A DNA stretch of 64,000 nucleotides from a virus. The position numbers and the translations under genes are program-made. Below are positions 9,594 through 19,626 of this stretch, in pieces; positions within the stretch are counted from its first letter, which is position 1; each line of letters starts with the position of its first letter. The stretch is taken from IMG/VR virus record IMGVR_UViG_2884693830_000001, positions 1,459 through 65,458 of that record. The stretch is one strand, 5' to 3'. Under the pieces are notes generated by a model. That model did no database searches. It was not told where the DNA came from and saw only the letters and a program-made list of their open reading frames with translations.

Positions 9594-10186
9594 GCGGCGA
9601 GCCGTGCGGCGCTGCCGCCCGCCACGCCGCGCTCCTTGGCCTCCCGGTCGGTCAGGGGCGCGGCATGTGGGGCATCTACTTCAGCCACCCGGGCGCGAAC
9701 GCGCGCGGCGACTTCCCGTCGACCGCGCCCGAGCACCGGCCGACCCTCCTGGCCCGCGTGGTCGACGAACCGAAGTGGCACCAGCTGTACCGGGGCGCAT
9801 GCCTCGGGTGCGACTGGGAGGGCGAGACACGGCGCCGGAGCGGCGACGCAATCGAGGACGCACACGACCACGCCTGGCCCGGCTGGCGGGACCTGCCCGC
9901 CGTGAAGCCGCCGAAGTCGAACTACGAGCGGTGGCTGACCGAGATCAAACGCGCGTACCCGCCGGGCTGGCTGGAGGCTGGCGGCCCGATCGTCAGCGTC
10001 CGCGCCGACTCCCGGTTCTCCCGGCACACGCCCGGCAAGGCACCGGGCGGCGGCTACGACCTGGCCGCGTCGTACTACCAGGCGAAGAGGTCTCGGGACC
10101 TCCGTCCCGTTCAACCGGCCCTGGATCTGGAGTGGCAGGGGGTGCCGAGTGACTGCGTAAATCTGGCTATGGGTCGCGGCGACTGA
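9590..10186 (+). CDS. Hypothetical protein
   Basis: ATGA overlap; CLGC...HDH motif. Confidence 0.6.
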   Translation: MSGEPCGAAARHAALLGLPVGQGRGMWGIYFSHPGANARGDFPSTAPEHRPTLLARVVDEPKWHQLYRGACLGCDWEGETRRRSGDAIEDAHDHAWPGWRDLPAVKPPKSNYERWLTEIKRAYPPGWLEAGGPIVSVRADSRFSRHTPGKAPGGGYDLAASYYQAKRSRDLRPVQPALDLEWQGVPSDCVNLAMGRGD

Positions 10187-10355
10187 CCCACGTACGGCGC
10201 GGGCAAGGCGTACCGGTTCGATATGAGCACCGTGACGCACGCTCGGGAGCTGGGCGCGATGCTGCCCCCGGACGCGCCGCCGCTGGCGCAGGTGTCGAAG
10301 GAAAAGTGCTGAGCGAGTAAACCCGACCATGTAAGACGCCCTGCGCTCCCCGGGA

Positions 10356-11174
10356 CTATAGGAATCTAATGCCGATCGCGTACGCCTTCACTTTTGCGGG
10401 TGATGAGCGCTGATGGTCTTTGGATGCGGTCGTGACACCCTGAACGTTGCCGTTCCTAGGTTCGAGCTTCCAGAGCAGGGAGCCCGGTTCTGAGAAAAAT
10501 ACTTCTGCGCCGACGCCAGTCAATGCAAAAGCTTCGTCCAGCGAAAAGTGGGCAGAGGGATGTGCAGCTTCTGAGCTAGTGCCGTCTTCGACTATACGCT
10601 CCCATCCACCCACGCCAGGGATGGAGTTGCGTAGTGCAATGCCGAAGACGTCGATTGTGCATGGTGACGCGGCGAAGTGATCCTTGGACCGCGCTTTCCA
10701 CGATCCGCCGACTGGGAAAGATCCGGTGGCGAGGTTGCCTGGACCAGGTGCCCAATTCACGCGGAATCCTCCTCCGATAAGCTTGAAGCCCTGTGGCGCA
10801 CTGACATCCTCAACCGGATGTGCCGCGACGTCGCTCGTTTCTCGTACGAACCTCAGGTTCCCCATGAGGTCGTCTCTGGTCAACCCGTTGATTTTCATGC
10901 CTATGGCGTAGACCGTCAGACGATGCGGGTTGGGGACATTGTGATCTTTGGAGGAGGCCCTCCAGCCTGTCCGGTTCTCGTTCGGATAGGAGGCGGTAAG
11001 CAGTGCGCCGTTCGGTTTGTCTGTGGCGGTCGCGCCACCGCCAACGACGACCATATCCGGATCGACGTCGGCCTGGAGATCGAAATGATGCGCTTGCTCT
11101 TGTGAGGAAACCTCCTGGAATACTGCGATTGTAACCTTGCCCGACGAATCTTTATGGTCGAAAACTTTGCCCAT
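10356..11174 (-). CDS. Low-GC moron protein with three internal repeats
   Basis: AAGGGGG RBS before ATG 11174; three repeats of GGG/GVG..G.LL...P...SKDH...P..(V/I)...I(G/A). Confidence 0.75.
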   Translation of the reverse strand: MGKVFDHKDSSGKVTIAVFQEVSSQEQAHHFDLQADVDPDMVVVGGGATATDKPNGALLTASYPNENRTGWRASSKDHNVPNPHRLTVYAIGMKINGLTRDDLMGNLRFVRETSDVAAHPVEDVSAPQGFKLIGGGFRVNWAPGPGNLATGSFPVGGSWKARSKDHFAASPCTIDVFGIALRNSIPGVGGWERIVEDGTSSEAAHPSAHFSLDEAFALTGVGAEVFFSEPGSLLWKLEPRNGNVQGVTTASKDHQRSSPAKVKAYAIGIRFL

Positions 11175-11406
11175 GATGAACCCCCTTGCAGGCATTGGTC
11201 GAAATGGCTCAAGAATGCATCGCCCCTGTTCTCGCGACGTTGCGATTTTGTCTAGGCTATGGAATATGCAGCAATTGAGCTCTGCAGGGGAATACCCATT
11301 GGCGCGATAATATACGCAGCGGCGACCATCCGCAGTTCGCAAAATATTTCTTATAAGGTCATGCCCCCAGGGCATGATCGCGAAAGGGAAAGCATGCCCG
11401 TGCCTG

Positions 11407-11895
11407 TCAGGCGCCAGGCGTCCGCCGGTAGAGGGGGATGCCGTGCTTGAGGAGCCATGCCTTGAGGGCTGTCTCCAGGATGTCCTGGGGGCCGGTGGCA
11501 GTGTTCAGGCAGGCGACGGTGAGCCGGTCGTTCGTCTGGTGGGTGATGCGCGGGCCGATGTTCACATCGTCGATCTCTTCTCTGGCCCGGCGGGTGCGTC
11601 GCTTGACGCTGCGTTCCCGCTTGGGGCGGGTGCCGTCTGGGTTGAGCGGCGGCTTGGCGTCGGCGGGGATGCCGAGGAAGTCGAGGTAGTCGGTGAGTGC
11701 GGCTTCGACGATGCCGGAGATGCCGAGCCCGGTCTCCTCGTTGGCCTGGGTGAGGCGTTCGTTGGTGTGGTAGCTGATGCGAACGACGAGGGTGGGTTTG
11801 TCCTGGCGGCTTTTGGTGCGGGGGCGTGCCGCTTGCCGTTCTGCTTGCTTGACCAGCGCCTTGCGAGCGGCAGCGGCTTGAGTCGAGCGGGCCAT
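11407..11895 (-). CDS. Tandem ribbon-helix-helix (RHH)-like DNA-binding protein
   Basis: Two similar units: VVRISYHTNERLTQANEETGLGISGIVEAALTDYL and GPRITHQTNDRLTVACLNTATGPQDILETALKAWL; AAGGAGG RBS. Confidence 0.65.
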   Translation of the reverse strand: MARSTQAAAARKALVKQAERQAARPRTKSRQDKPTLVVRISYHTNERLTQANEETGLGISGIVEAALTDYLDFLGIPADAKPPLNPDGTRPKRERSVKRRTRRAREEIDDVNIGPRITHQTNDRLTVACLNTATGPQDILETALKAWLLKHGIPLYRRTPGA

Positions 11896-11964
11896 GAGCG
11901 GCGGTGCCTCCTTGGCGGGCGAGCGTGATGTCGCTACCCACCCTTCCGTGCTTCGGTTTTTTCT

Positions 11965-11982
11965 GCAAGTGACGTTGCTTGC
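11965..11982. promoter_or_regulatory. GCNAG-N8-CTNGC operator-like site upstream of the RHH gene
   Basis: GCAAG-TGACGTTG-CTTGC, perfect arms. Confidence 0.6.
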
Positions 11983-12274
11983 GTTTTGTGCGGTCGTTGG
12001 CGCAGCGGATGCACGGGAAACGCCCCGCTGGCGTGGCCCTGGCATGCACGCGTGCGACACTCAAGGCAAATCTCAGCGTTGTTGATCACGATTTGCGCGG
12101 GTTGATCGTTCCGCGCGTCGTCGCCGCTCAGAGGGCATTTCAGCCCGCCACAAGGGTCGTTGCGAAAACAGAACAAACATGCAAGAATGGCGCAAGATCC
12201 AAAAGCAAGCGAGCGAGAGCAAACCCAACTCACGCAAGCAAAACCGCTAACGACCAACCCAGAAAGGCGGGCAC

Positions 12275-13006
12275 GTGACCACCGCTGCCTCAGAAAAGAC
12301 ACTCGACCGCATCCGCAAATACCTCGCCATCGCGGAACACCCCAACACCGGCCCCGCGGAAGCCGAAACCTTCCGCGAGCGCGCCTACAACCTCATGGCC
12401 AAGCACGGCATCGAACGCGCCCACCTCGCCGCCGCCGGCCAGATCACCGACGAACTCGCCAGCTGGGCCCTCGTCATCGACGGAACCCACCAGGCCGAAC
12501 AAGTGCAGCTCCTCGCAGCCGTCACCAATGCCAAGACCTGCCGCACCCTGTCCTGGAAGGTCGTCGACACCACGTACCTCATGGTGTCCGGCTACCAGAG
12601 CGACCTCGAGGTCGTGAAGATGCTCTACGCATCCCTGTCGCTCCAGATGGCCAAGGAAGTCAAGGCCGTCACCCGCAAGGGACGCATGAGCCTGGCCACC
12701 GTCCGCAAGAGCTTCATGCTCGGGTTCGCCTCCCGCGTCGGCGAGAAGCTGCGCGAGGCCAACACCGCCGCCGCGGCCGAAGCGCCCACCACCAGCACGG
12801 GCCGCTCCACCGAGCTCGTTCTTCGTGACAGGCGGGCCGCCGTGGACGCCTACTTCAACCGCCAGACCCCCAACACCCGGTCCAGCAGCGGCCCGAAGAT
12901 CCGCGACCCTCACGCCTTCCTCGCGGGCCGCGACGCGGGTGACCGCGCCGACATCGGCGGCAACGCCCGCCTCAGCGCCACCGGCCAGCGCGCCATCAGC
13001 TCATAA
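12275..13006 (+). CDS. DUF2786-domain protein
   Basis: LDRIRKYLAIAEHPNTGPAEAETFRERAYNLMAKHGI signature; SFMLGFASRV; AFLAGRDAG. Confidence 0.8.
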   Translation: MTTAASEKTLDRIRKYLAIAEHPNTGPAEAETFRERAYNLMAKHGIERAHLAAAGQITDELASWALVIDGTHQAEQVQLLAAVTNAKTCRTLSWKVVDTTYLMVSGYQSDLEVVKMLYASLSLQMAKEVKAVTRKGRMSLATVRKSFMLGFASRVGEKLREANTAAAAEAPTTSTGRSTELVLRDRRAAVDAYFNRQTPNTRSSSGPKIRDPHAFLAGRDAGDRADIGGNARLSATGQRAISS

Positions 13007-13064
13007 CCTCCAGCGGCGGGCGCCACCCAGCGCCCGCCTCTCAACCAACCCCGAAGGAGAAACC

Positions 13065-13688
13065 GTGAAGAACACGAAAACGACCTGCACCAGCTGCAAG
13101 ACCCCCCTCATCAACCAGGCCGCCAACGGCCGCCCCGACGTGTGGGCGCACACCACCGTCACCGAACCCCACTGCTACACCCCGAACCCGCCGTACGAGA
13201 TCGAGCAGGCCCTGCCCCGCGAAATCCGCAAGGTGCGCATCCGGGTCCAGGAGCTCATCACCTACGAGGTGGAGAAGAAGATCGAGGTCCACACCGGCGT
13301 GACCATGGAGGAACTGCCCGACTGCCTCACCGCCAACACCGAGGGATGGGCCGACGACATCGAAGACCACTTCCTCGCCGCGTGCGACCGCGAGGTGCTC
13401 GACGAGGACTACACGTACTTCACCGACAACGCCGGCTACCTCGCCAAGCTCGCTCTCCAGATCGAGGTGTGGCCCAAGCACATCGTGAAGTGGCTGACCT
13501 TGACCTGCCCCGTGTGTGGCGTCCAGCCCGGCGCGGACGACTCCCGGCACCAGAGCGTCGGCTGGTTCGTCGGGATCGCTTGCAACGGCATGCGCGTCGT
13601 CAATCCCGCCTTCATCAACATGGAGGGCACCGGGTGGGAGGACTGGACCGAGCAGACCGTTGACGCAAGCGGAAAGGCTGGCCAGTAA
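13065..13688 (+). CDS. Hypothetical protein with CxxC motifs
   Basis: GAAGGAG RBS, GTG start; CTSC and CPVC. Confidence 0.65.
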   Translation: MKNTKTTCTSCKTPLINQAANGRPDVWAHTTVTEPHCYTPNPPYEIEQALPREIRKVRIRVQELITYEVEKKIEVHTGVTMEELPDCLTANTEGWADDIEDHFLAACDREVLDEDYTYFTDNAGYLAKLALQIEVWPKHIVKWLTLTCPVCGVQPGADDSRHQSVGWFVGIACNGMRVVNPAFINMEGTGWEDWTEQTVDASGKAGQ

Positions 13689-13945
13689 TGGCTTCCCGCA
13701 TCGTCGTGAAGATTGAGCCAGTCGACGTCAACGGCGAGCGGCGATACCAGGCCGTCTGCCACACGCCCGGGTGCACGCTCGGCGTCGACGGCGGCCTGTG
13801 GGCCAGCCACCCCGGCGTGGTCAAGGCCGCGCCGGAGGAACTGGCTCGCTACCACCGGGCCGACCACCGCGAGCCCGATCGGCGACCGATCTCTACAGCC
13901 TCGGCGGCGAAGCGGGTGGCGCAGGAGACCCAGCAGCCCGAATGA
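13688..13945 (+). CDS. Small hypothetical protein
   Basis: TAATG coupling; CHTPGC...H..H. Confidence 0.6.
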   Translation: MASRIVVKIEPVDVNGERRYQAVCHTPGCTLGVDGGLWASHPGVVKAAPEELARYHRADHREPDRRPISTASAAKRVAQETQQPE

Positions 13946-13964
13946 CCATCCGGGTGGCCCGGCC

Positions 13965-14528
13965 ATGCGCCGGGCCGCCCGTCCCCTCAACCCCGTGGAG
14001 AACCCCTTGCCCGGCCCTACCCAGCCGCCATGGACGCCGCCGCACCGCACCGTCCCCCTCGACTACCTCGAAGGCGACACCAGCGAGGTGCTGCGCGGCT
14101 ACCGCTACGAACTCCTCGTCGAGTGCCGCCAGTACTACATCCACCGCAAGTCCGTCACCCCGTACACCAGCCGCTTCGGCTACGGCTTCGCCATCCAGAG
14201 CGACAGCCGCTACGGCGACAAGAACACCGCCACCCTCTGGACCACCCGCCACACCTGGCAGACGTTCCGCCTCAAGGCCGGCAGCGCCGAGTACCGCACG
14301 CTGATGGACCTGCCGGAGTACGGCAAGCTGCTGGAGGCCGTCGGGCAGGACTACCCGCCGGGCAGCCTGACCAGCGAGCTGACGGCGACGCTCGCGCAGG
14401 TTTTGCAGCTGTGGGCCGCCGCCAAGGACGACGGCCGCAACCACCTGGACCTGCGGCCTGTCGACGAGGTCGTGGCCGCCCGGCTCAACCCGTTCGTCAG
14501 GGCGTGGCTCTGCGAGGACAACATCTGA
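13965..14528 (+). CDS. Hypothetical protein
   Basis: GC3-biased ORF coupled to the next gene; start uncertain. Confidence 0.55.
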   Translation: MRRAARPLNPVENPLPGPTQPPWTPPHRTVPLDYLEGDTSEVLRGYRYELLVECRQYYIHRKSVTPYTSRFGYGFAIQSDSRYGDKNTATLWTTRHTWQTFRLKAGSAEYRTLMDLPEYGKLLEAVGQDYPPGSLTSELTATLAQVLQLWAAAKDDGRNHLDLRPVDEVVAARLNPFVRAWLCEDNI

Positions 14529-14770
14529 TGGCCAAGTGCGTCGAGTGCCGCGAGGAGGACCACTTCCTGCGCATCGTCCCCATCTCCTACTGCGAGCACC
14601 GCCTGTGTCTGGAGTTCCGGCGGGAGGACTGCCTAGACATCCATCTCAGGACCTGCGCCACCTACTGCCGCTCCGTCGGCCGCACCCCTGAACCCCACCC
14701 GCGCGACCTCGCCCGCCAGGCCGAGGAAGCCGCCCAACCCCAACAGCTCGACCTGTTCGCCGAGCTGTAA
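14528..14770 (+). CDS. Small Cys-rich protein
   Basis: TGATG coupling; CVEC..CEH..C..C..H..C..C. Confidence 0.6.
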   Translation: MAKCVECREEDHFLRIVPISYCEHRLCLEFRREDCLDIHLRTCATYCRSVGRTPEPHPRDLARQAEEAAQPQQLDLFAEL

Positions 14771-14790
14771 CCCCATAGAGAGAGGACATC

Positions 14791-15471
14791 ATGACGAAGT
14801 ACGTCTACCTGGACACGGAGGAGACCCACCTCGACCCCGAGTTCGGCTCCCTCTGGGAGGCCGCGCTGATCGTCCGCGACACCGACTTCCCGGACGGTGG
14901 CGACCTGGAGTTCTGGTGGCAGGTGAGGCCCGACCTCACCACCGCCGACCCCAAGGCGTTGCAGGTCAGCCGGTACTACGACAGGTGCCAGGTCGCCCAC
15001 TTGCCGATCGGCCACGGCGTGCAACTGTCGTGCGGCGCGGCCGGGGAGGCCGTCGCCGAGGGCGAGATTCGTGAGAGCGTGACGGCGGCCGACATCGCGC
15101 TCCAACTCGCCCAGCACCTCGACGGCGCGACGATCGTGGCGAACAACCCCCGCCACGACCGGGACTTTCTGCGCGCGTTCCTGCGCGCCCACGGGGAGGC
15201 GTTCACGGCGTCGCACCGGATGGACGACGTCCGGGCCATGCTGAAGGGCTACGTGCTCGGCCGCTTGGCCGCGGCCGGCGGCAAGGTGGACGAGGCGTTC
15301 GAGGGCGAGGCTGCGGACCACGTACGTGACTGGCTGGAAGGTGGCACGGACGTGCTGGCCTGGGAGATCGTCGGCGTCACCCAGGACCCGGCGACCAAGC
15401 ACACCGCGTTGGGTGACGCCCGCTGCGTGCGGGACGTGGCCGACGGCATCACGCACGGAATCCACAGGTGA
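14791..15471 (+). CDS. DEDDh 3'-5' exonuclease (DnaQ-like)
   Basis: ExoI LDTEET, ExoII N..HDRDFL, ExoIII HTALGDAR. Confidence 0.85.
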   Translation: MTKYVYLDTEETHLDPEFGSLWEAALIVRDTDFPDGGDLEFWWQVRPDLTTADPKALQVSRYYDRCQVAHLPIGHGVQLSCGAAGEAVAEGEIRESVTAADIALQLAQHLDGATIVANNPRHDRDFLRAFLRAHGEAFTASHRMDDVRAMLKGYVLGRLAAAGGKVDEAFEGEAADHVRDWLEGGTDVLAWEIVGVTQDPATKHTALGDARCVRDVADGITHGIHR

Positions 15472-15861
15472 GCGCTAGGCACTGTGGCACTTCAAGCCTC
15501 TCGTTCCTGAAAGCGGAAAAGCTGTTGGGAAGGGACCGCAGAGACGCCTGACCTCTTCGGTGTGAACTCGGGAGGTGAGGGTCGCTGGGAATCGACGTAG
15601 CGCTCATACGAGCAGCGGAGATCACGAACGGCCGCAATAGGTCGCTGAGGTTGCTGTACTTTGCTGCTGCAACGCGTGCGCAGGCGAGCTGTGTGGTCCT
15701 CTGAAGCTCCAGACCCGTTCGCTACCTCGTTGAACGGTACGAATACCGTAGTGGCTTGATACGAGTGACATCACTGTGCTAGCTGTAACGTTTTGGGCGC
15801 TCAAGCGATTACCCCGATATCGGTATCGTGCAGTAGCGATGATCCAGCAGCAGGAGAGCCC

Positions 15862-16611
15862 ATGAATGCATTGAAACGCGAAATTAAATCGCAAATGAGT
15901 GCTCATAAGACGAAGCTGGGGCCAGCGCGACTGTGCCTCGATGACATTCGCGATCTGCTCGATGCCGTGAAGGAGTTTCAAGGCGGTAGATCTAAAAAGG
16001 AAAATGATTCCTCTGGAACAGAGGTCGCCAATGATCCCTCGGAGAATATGAGTTCAGTTAAGCTGCTGGCTGGAAATGCGGTGGCAGAATCAGTGGAAGA
16101 TCTCAAGGAAGCCACTCCGGAGGAGCTTCGGCACGTGTCGATATCCTCACGTGAGCCGCTGATGGAGATCGATCTGTGGCACACTTCGGCCGAAATTACC
16201 GTCGATACACAGGACGTTGCGGCTCGCGCATTCGCAGACAGTGTTGCAAGTTTTATCGGTGAAAGAAAAGCCAGCCCGCTCATTTTCGCCTTTCGTCCAA
16301 TAGATTGGCTGTTTATTCCATTAATGCTATCCTATGGCATATTTCTCTACTTCTTCTATCGTGGAGATGCTAGCGTTGGCCTTTCGGCTGTGGGGCTACT
16401 GTTGGCATTTGTGGCAATTTTCGCCGCCGGCTCTCGTATCTACTGGGCGCGCAAATTGGGTAGCGTGAAAGTCGACCCGGTATGGAGAAATGAGAAGCGG
16501 ACGTTAAGTTCTCAAGCTAGAACTAATATCTTGATCGCAGTTGGGGCTGCCTTGCTCGGTGCCGTAATTACTAGTATTGCTGGACTATGGCAAGGGTGGT
16601 TCGTCAAATGA
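15862..16611 (+). CDS. Low-GC moron membrane protein
   Basis: CAGGAG RBS; three C-terminal hydrophobic helices; AT-rich codons unlike the flanks. Confidence 0.7.
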   Translation: MNALKREIKSQMSAHKTKLGPARLCLDDIRDLLDAVKEFQGGRSKKENDSSGTEVANDPSENMSSVKLLAGNAVAESVEDLKEATPEELRHVSISSREPLMEIDLWHTSAEITVDTQDVAARAFADSVASFIGERKASPLIFAFRPIDWLFIPLMLSYGIFLYFFYRGDASVGLSAVGLLLAFVAIFAAGSRIYWARKLGSVKVDPVWRNEKRTLSSQARTNILIAVGAALLGAVITSIAGLWQGWFVK

Positions 16612-17179
16612 AAGTTATGATGGAAAATATGGATAGACGATAGGCGATAGGCATCTGACTCGGGTACTGGGCACAAGTGATCATCTCCTCGTCAGGCAGG
16701 CTTAGCCATACCTGGCCGGGCGCGCCACGGCCACTCCCCGTTCGCGTGTACATGCCTCCCGCTGACGTTCCTCATACGCTGGTCGTCCTGCCCGCAACTG
16801 GCGGCTTGCCTGACGTGACTGGCCTGGTGTCCCTTGTGCTGACCGGCGAGGAGACGGCCTGAGGACGACCGAGGTTCAGGGCAGGCCCGATTCCTTCCTT
16901 CACGTTCCCGCGGTCGTCTTTCGCCGCTTCGCCTTTGCTCGGTGTTTCTAACTGTGGGGCTTTCGCCATCCCTCGTCGTGGGCGTGTTGAGCCGACCGGG
17001 TGGCGTGCCGTGGGCCCTAACTGTCGCGCTGGACTGGTGGAAGACCAAGGGGGCAGCGAATCGCAGAGACGAACGGCGTTTGCTTCCTGGGGGACGTACC
17101 GTAGTCCATTAACGCGAGTTGTATCGCTTGCATCAAGCGGTTCAGCTGGCGACCCCTCCTGGACTGCGGAAGGACAGCG

Positions 17180-17911
17180 TTGCCCGAGGCTACGAACCCG
17201 CTGTGCATCGGCCCTCGCTGCGGACGTGGGGGAGAACCCCGCCAGGCCGCAGCCGGCCGCCTCATCTGCGACACCTGCACGACCAAGCTGCGCCGCGACG
17301 TGGATATCACGCCGCGGCTCATGCGGTGGCTGGAGCAGCACAAGACGCCGGGCCAAGGCGGCGGGGACCGGGTGTCCGGGTCGCAGGAGGCCGGCACGCC
17401 GACGCGACTCGATGTGCTGTCGATGTTGAACGATGGCGCGGTGCCGATCCACGGCGACGATGAAGACCAGATCGGCCCGCCGTCGATCCCGAGCACGTTG
17501 AAGAACTGGGCGTGGCTGATCGCCGAGCATCGCGGCTTGGTCTACCCGCAGCGGGCCGACGTTGACGAGCTGTCGGTCTGGCTGCTGCGGCATCTGGATT
17601 GGGCGACCGGGCAACCGTGGATTGACGACATGATCGGGGAGGTCGCTGCATTGCGCCGGTGGGCGCATGGGCTCGCGCCGTGGGCCGTCCACGTGCAGGA
17701 ACTCGTCGGGCCGTGCCCGTCGTGCGGCAAGCGGGCGCTGATCCGCACGGCGGGGGAGCGGTACATCGAGTGCGACGCCCGGGAGTACGTCGGCGGGTGC
17801 GGCGGCTTGTGGACCGAGGAAGAGTACGAGGAGCACGTGGCCGATCTGGTGGGTCGGCGCCGCCAATCCCGAAAGGTCAACGCGAAAACGAAACGAGGTG
17901 TGGCAGACTGA
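17180..17911 (+). CDS. Actinophage-type hypothetical protein with Zn-finger motifs (possible transcription regulator)
   Basis: TTG start after GAAGGA; CIGPRC/CDTC, WAWLIAEHRG, WLLRHLDW, GPCPSC. Confidence 0.65.
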   Translation: MPEATNPLCIGPRCGRGGEPRQAAAGRLICDTCTTKLRRDVDITPRLMRWLEQHKTPGQGGGDRVSGSQEAGTPTRLDVLSMLNDGAVPIHGDDEDQIGPPSIPSTLKNWAWLIAEHRGLVYPQRADVDELSVWLLRHLDWATGQPWIDDMIGEVAALRRWAHGLAPWAVHVQELVGPCPSCGKRALIRTAGERYIECDAREYVGGCGGLWTEEEYEEHVADLVGRRRQSRKVNAKTKRGVAD

Positions 17912-18216
17912 TGTTTATGAAGAACCCTGGGCGGCTCCCCCCGAAGGAGCAGAGAATCGCAGCGGAGAAGGCCCTCCTGGAGGCGGCCCGCGAGTACTAC
18001 AAGGCCATCGAGGAGCCGACCAGGAAGTTCAACGAGGCCCTCGCCGCTGCGGCGGGCCCGCCCGAAGGCGTGCCCGCCAGCGACAAGAAGTCCTTGGTGA
18101 CTCGTCGCCGCATGGTGGAGATCACCAAGGAGGCAGACCCTGAGGGAGAGGGCCTGAAGCTCTACACGATCCTGAAGATCGTTGCGGCTCTCACGGGGGA
18201 CACGCCGGACGAGTAG
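17911..18216 (+). CDS. Hypothetical protein
   Basis: TGATG coupling; GC3 bias. Confidence 0.65.
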   Translation: MFMKNPGRLPPKEQRIAAEKALLEAAREYYKAIEEPTRKFNEALAAAAGPPEGVPASDKKSLVTRRRMVEITKEADPEGEGLKLYTILKIVAALTGDTPDE

Positions 18217-18229
18217 ATACGTCGTCGAA

Positions 18230-18577
18230 TCAGCTTCGGGAGGCTCCGGTCGTCGCCGGAGCTTCCTGCGTTCCAGGGCTCGACGGTGTGCAATCGGCCG
18301 GCATCGTCATCGAGTCTCGGATGTCGATCCCGGTCTCCAGCCCAACTGCGAATGCCTGCGCAGCGTCGCCGACCATGCGCTCGAAAGCTCGCAGCGCGAC
18401 CAGCAACATGGTGCTCACGGTTGCCACGATGGCGAAGCTGTGCAGCCATAGCAGGTAGGTGGGGATGTGGTGGAGGTTGGGGTTGAGGACGACATAGGCA
18501 GTTGCGGCCCCCGCAGCGATCCAACCGAACACAGCAGTGGCCAGGGACGCGATTAAGGCGCGTTTGGTGCGCAGCAT
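18230..18577 (-). CDS. Small two-TM membrane protein
   Basis: Two hydrophobic helices. Confidence 0.55.
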   Translation of the reverse strand: MLRTKRALIASLATAVFGWIAAGAATAYVVLNPNLHHIPTYLLWLHSFAIVATVSTMLLVALRAFERMVGDAAQAFAVGLETGIDIRDSMTMPADCTPSSPGTQEAPATTGASRS

Positions 18578-18611
18578 TGAAATTCCCCCAGAGATGACGT
18601 TGGGTTACTGG

Positions 18612-19544
18612 CTACAGCCAGTTCTTGGTTGCGTAGTGGATGAGCTGCCCTCGGGTGGACACCCCTGCCATCTCGCGCATCCGCGCGATGCGGCGGCCTA
18701 CGGTCCGCGGGGAGGACTCACACACGCGGGCGATCACCTTGTCGGTTTCGCCGGCGACGACCTGCTGCAGGATTTTGAGGTCCTGCGGGTCCAGGTCGGG
18801 GGGCGCGCCGCTGATGTCCATGTTGTAGGGGATGGCTTTCTCCCATTCCTCCTCGAAGCGGGAGATCTGCCCGGCGATGAGCGGGGCTGAATGGATCATC
18901 AGCATGGGCAACTGGCCCCGCTCCTCGGCGGGAGTCAAGGCGACAGCGTTGTCAACGATGAGCAGCTTTGTGGGCAGCCGGTCGGTAAACCGCACCTCGC
19001 CCCCGCCCCAGCGCAGTGTGGCGCGCAGGCCGTCCATGACTTCTGGATTGGACATGACCTCTCGCTCGTACACCACGCGCCGGCGGCATTTGTGAGCGCT
19101 AACGGGGTCAGTGCTCTGCTCCGGCGAGTGGGCCCCGGCCATGGGGATGAACGGGGCCGTGATGAGCTGCATCCATTCCTGCCTGGCCGTCTTCTGCAGC
19201 AGGCCGAAGACGGCGGTGAGCTCTTCCCGGCTGGTCAGCTTGGATATGGGCTCGCCCGCGTTCGCGTAGTGAGGGCTGGCCTCGTACCGCTGCTCCAGGT
19301 CCTGCATGAGTTGCTTCAGCCGGTCCAAGGCGTGGGCTGCCTCGGAGACGGCCGGGGTGAGCGCGTGACGTGGGCGCCGCGCACGGGGCGGGTCGCCTAT
19401 GACGAACCCGTGGCCGAGCAACCAGTCCAGGGTGTGGTCCGGGTCTGGAACGACGTCGAGCAGGTTCTCTGCTGGGGTGGGTCCGTGCTCGATCAGATAT
19501 TTATACAGGCGCAGCTCATGGCTGTCGTCCGCGGTTAATGGCAT
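18612..19544 (-). CDS. TrmB-like/LuxR-HTH transcriptional regulator
   Basis: N-terminal LYKYLIEHGP, central RVVYE...LPTKLLIVDNAVAL (PLD-like), C-terminal GETDKVIARVCESSPRTVGRRI..TRGQL. Confidence 0.85.
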   Translation of the reverse strand: MPLTADDSHELRLYKYLIEHGPTPAENLLDVVPDPDHTLDWLLGHGFVIGDPPRARRPRHALTPAVSEAAHALDRLKQLMQDLEQRYEASPHYANAGEPISKLTSREELTAVFGLLQKTARQEWMQLITAPFIPMAGAHSPEQSTDPVSAHKCRRRVVYEREVMSNPEVMDGLRATLRWGGGEVRFTDRLPTKLLIVDNAVALTPAEERGQLPMLMIHSAPLIAGQISRFEEEWEKAIPYNMDISGAPPDLDPQDLKILQQVVAGETDKVIARVCESSPRTVGRRIARMREMAGVSTRGQLIHYATKNWL

Positions 19545-19626
19545 GAGAGGTCCTCATGAGGGGTTGGGCAGGTTCAGGAGTCCGTTGATGAACCGCCTCT
19601 GCTGGGTTGGTTGGGGGTTCGCTTTG

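Noticed and set aside
16677-17170. Short ORFs between the membrane moron and the 17180 gene
   Set aside because: Conflicting frames and weak coding signal.
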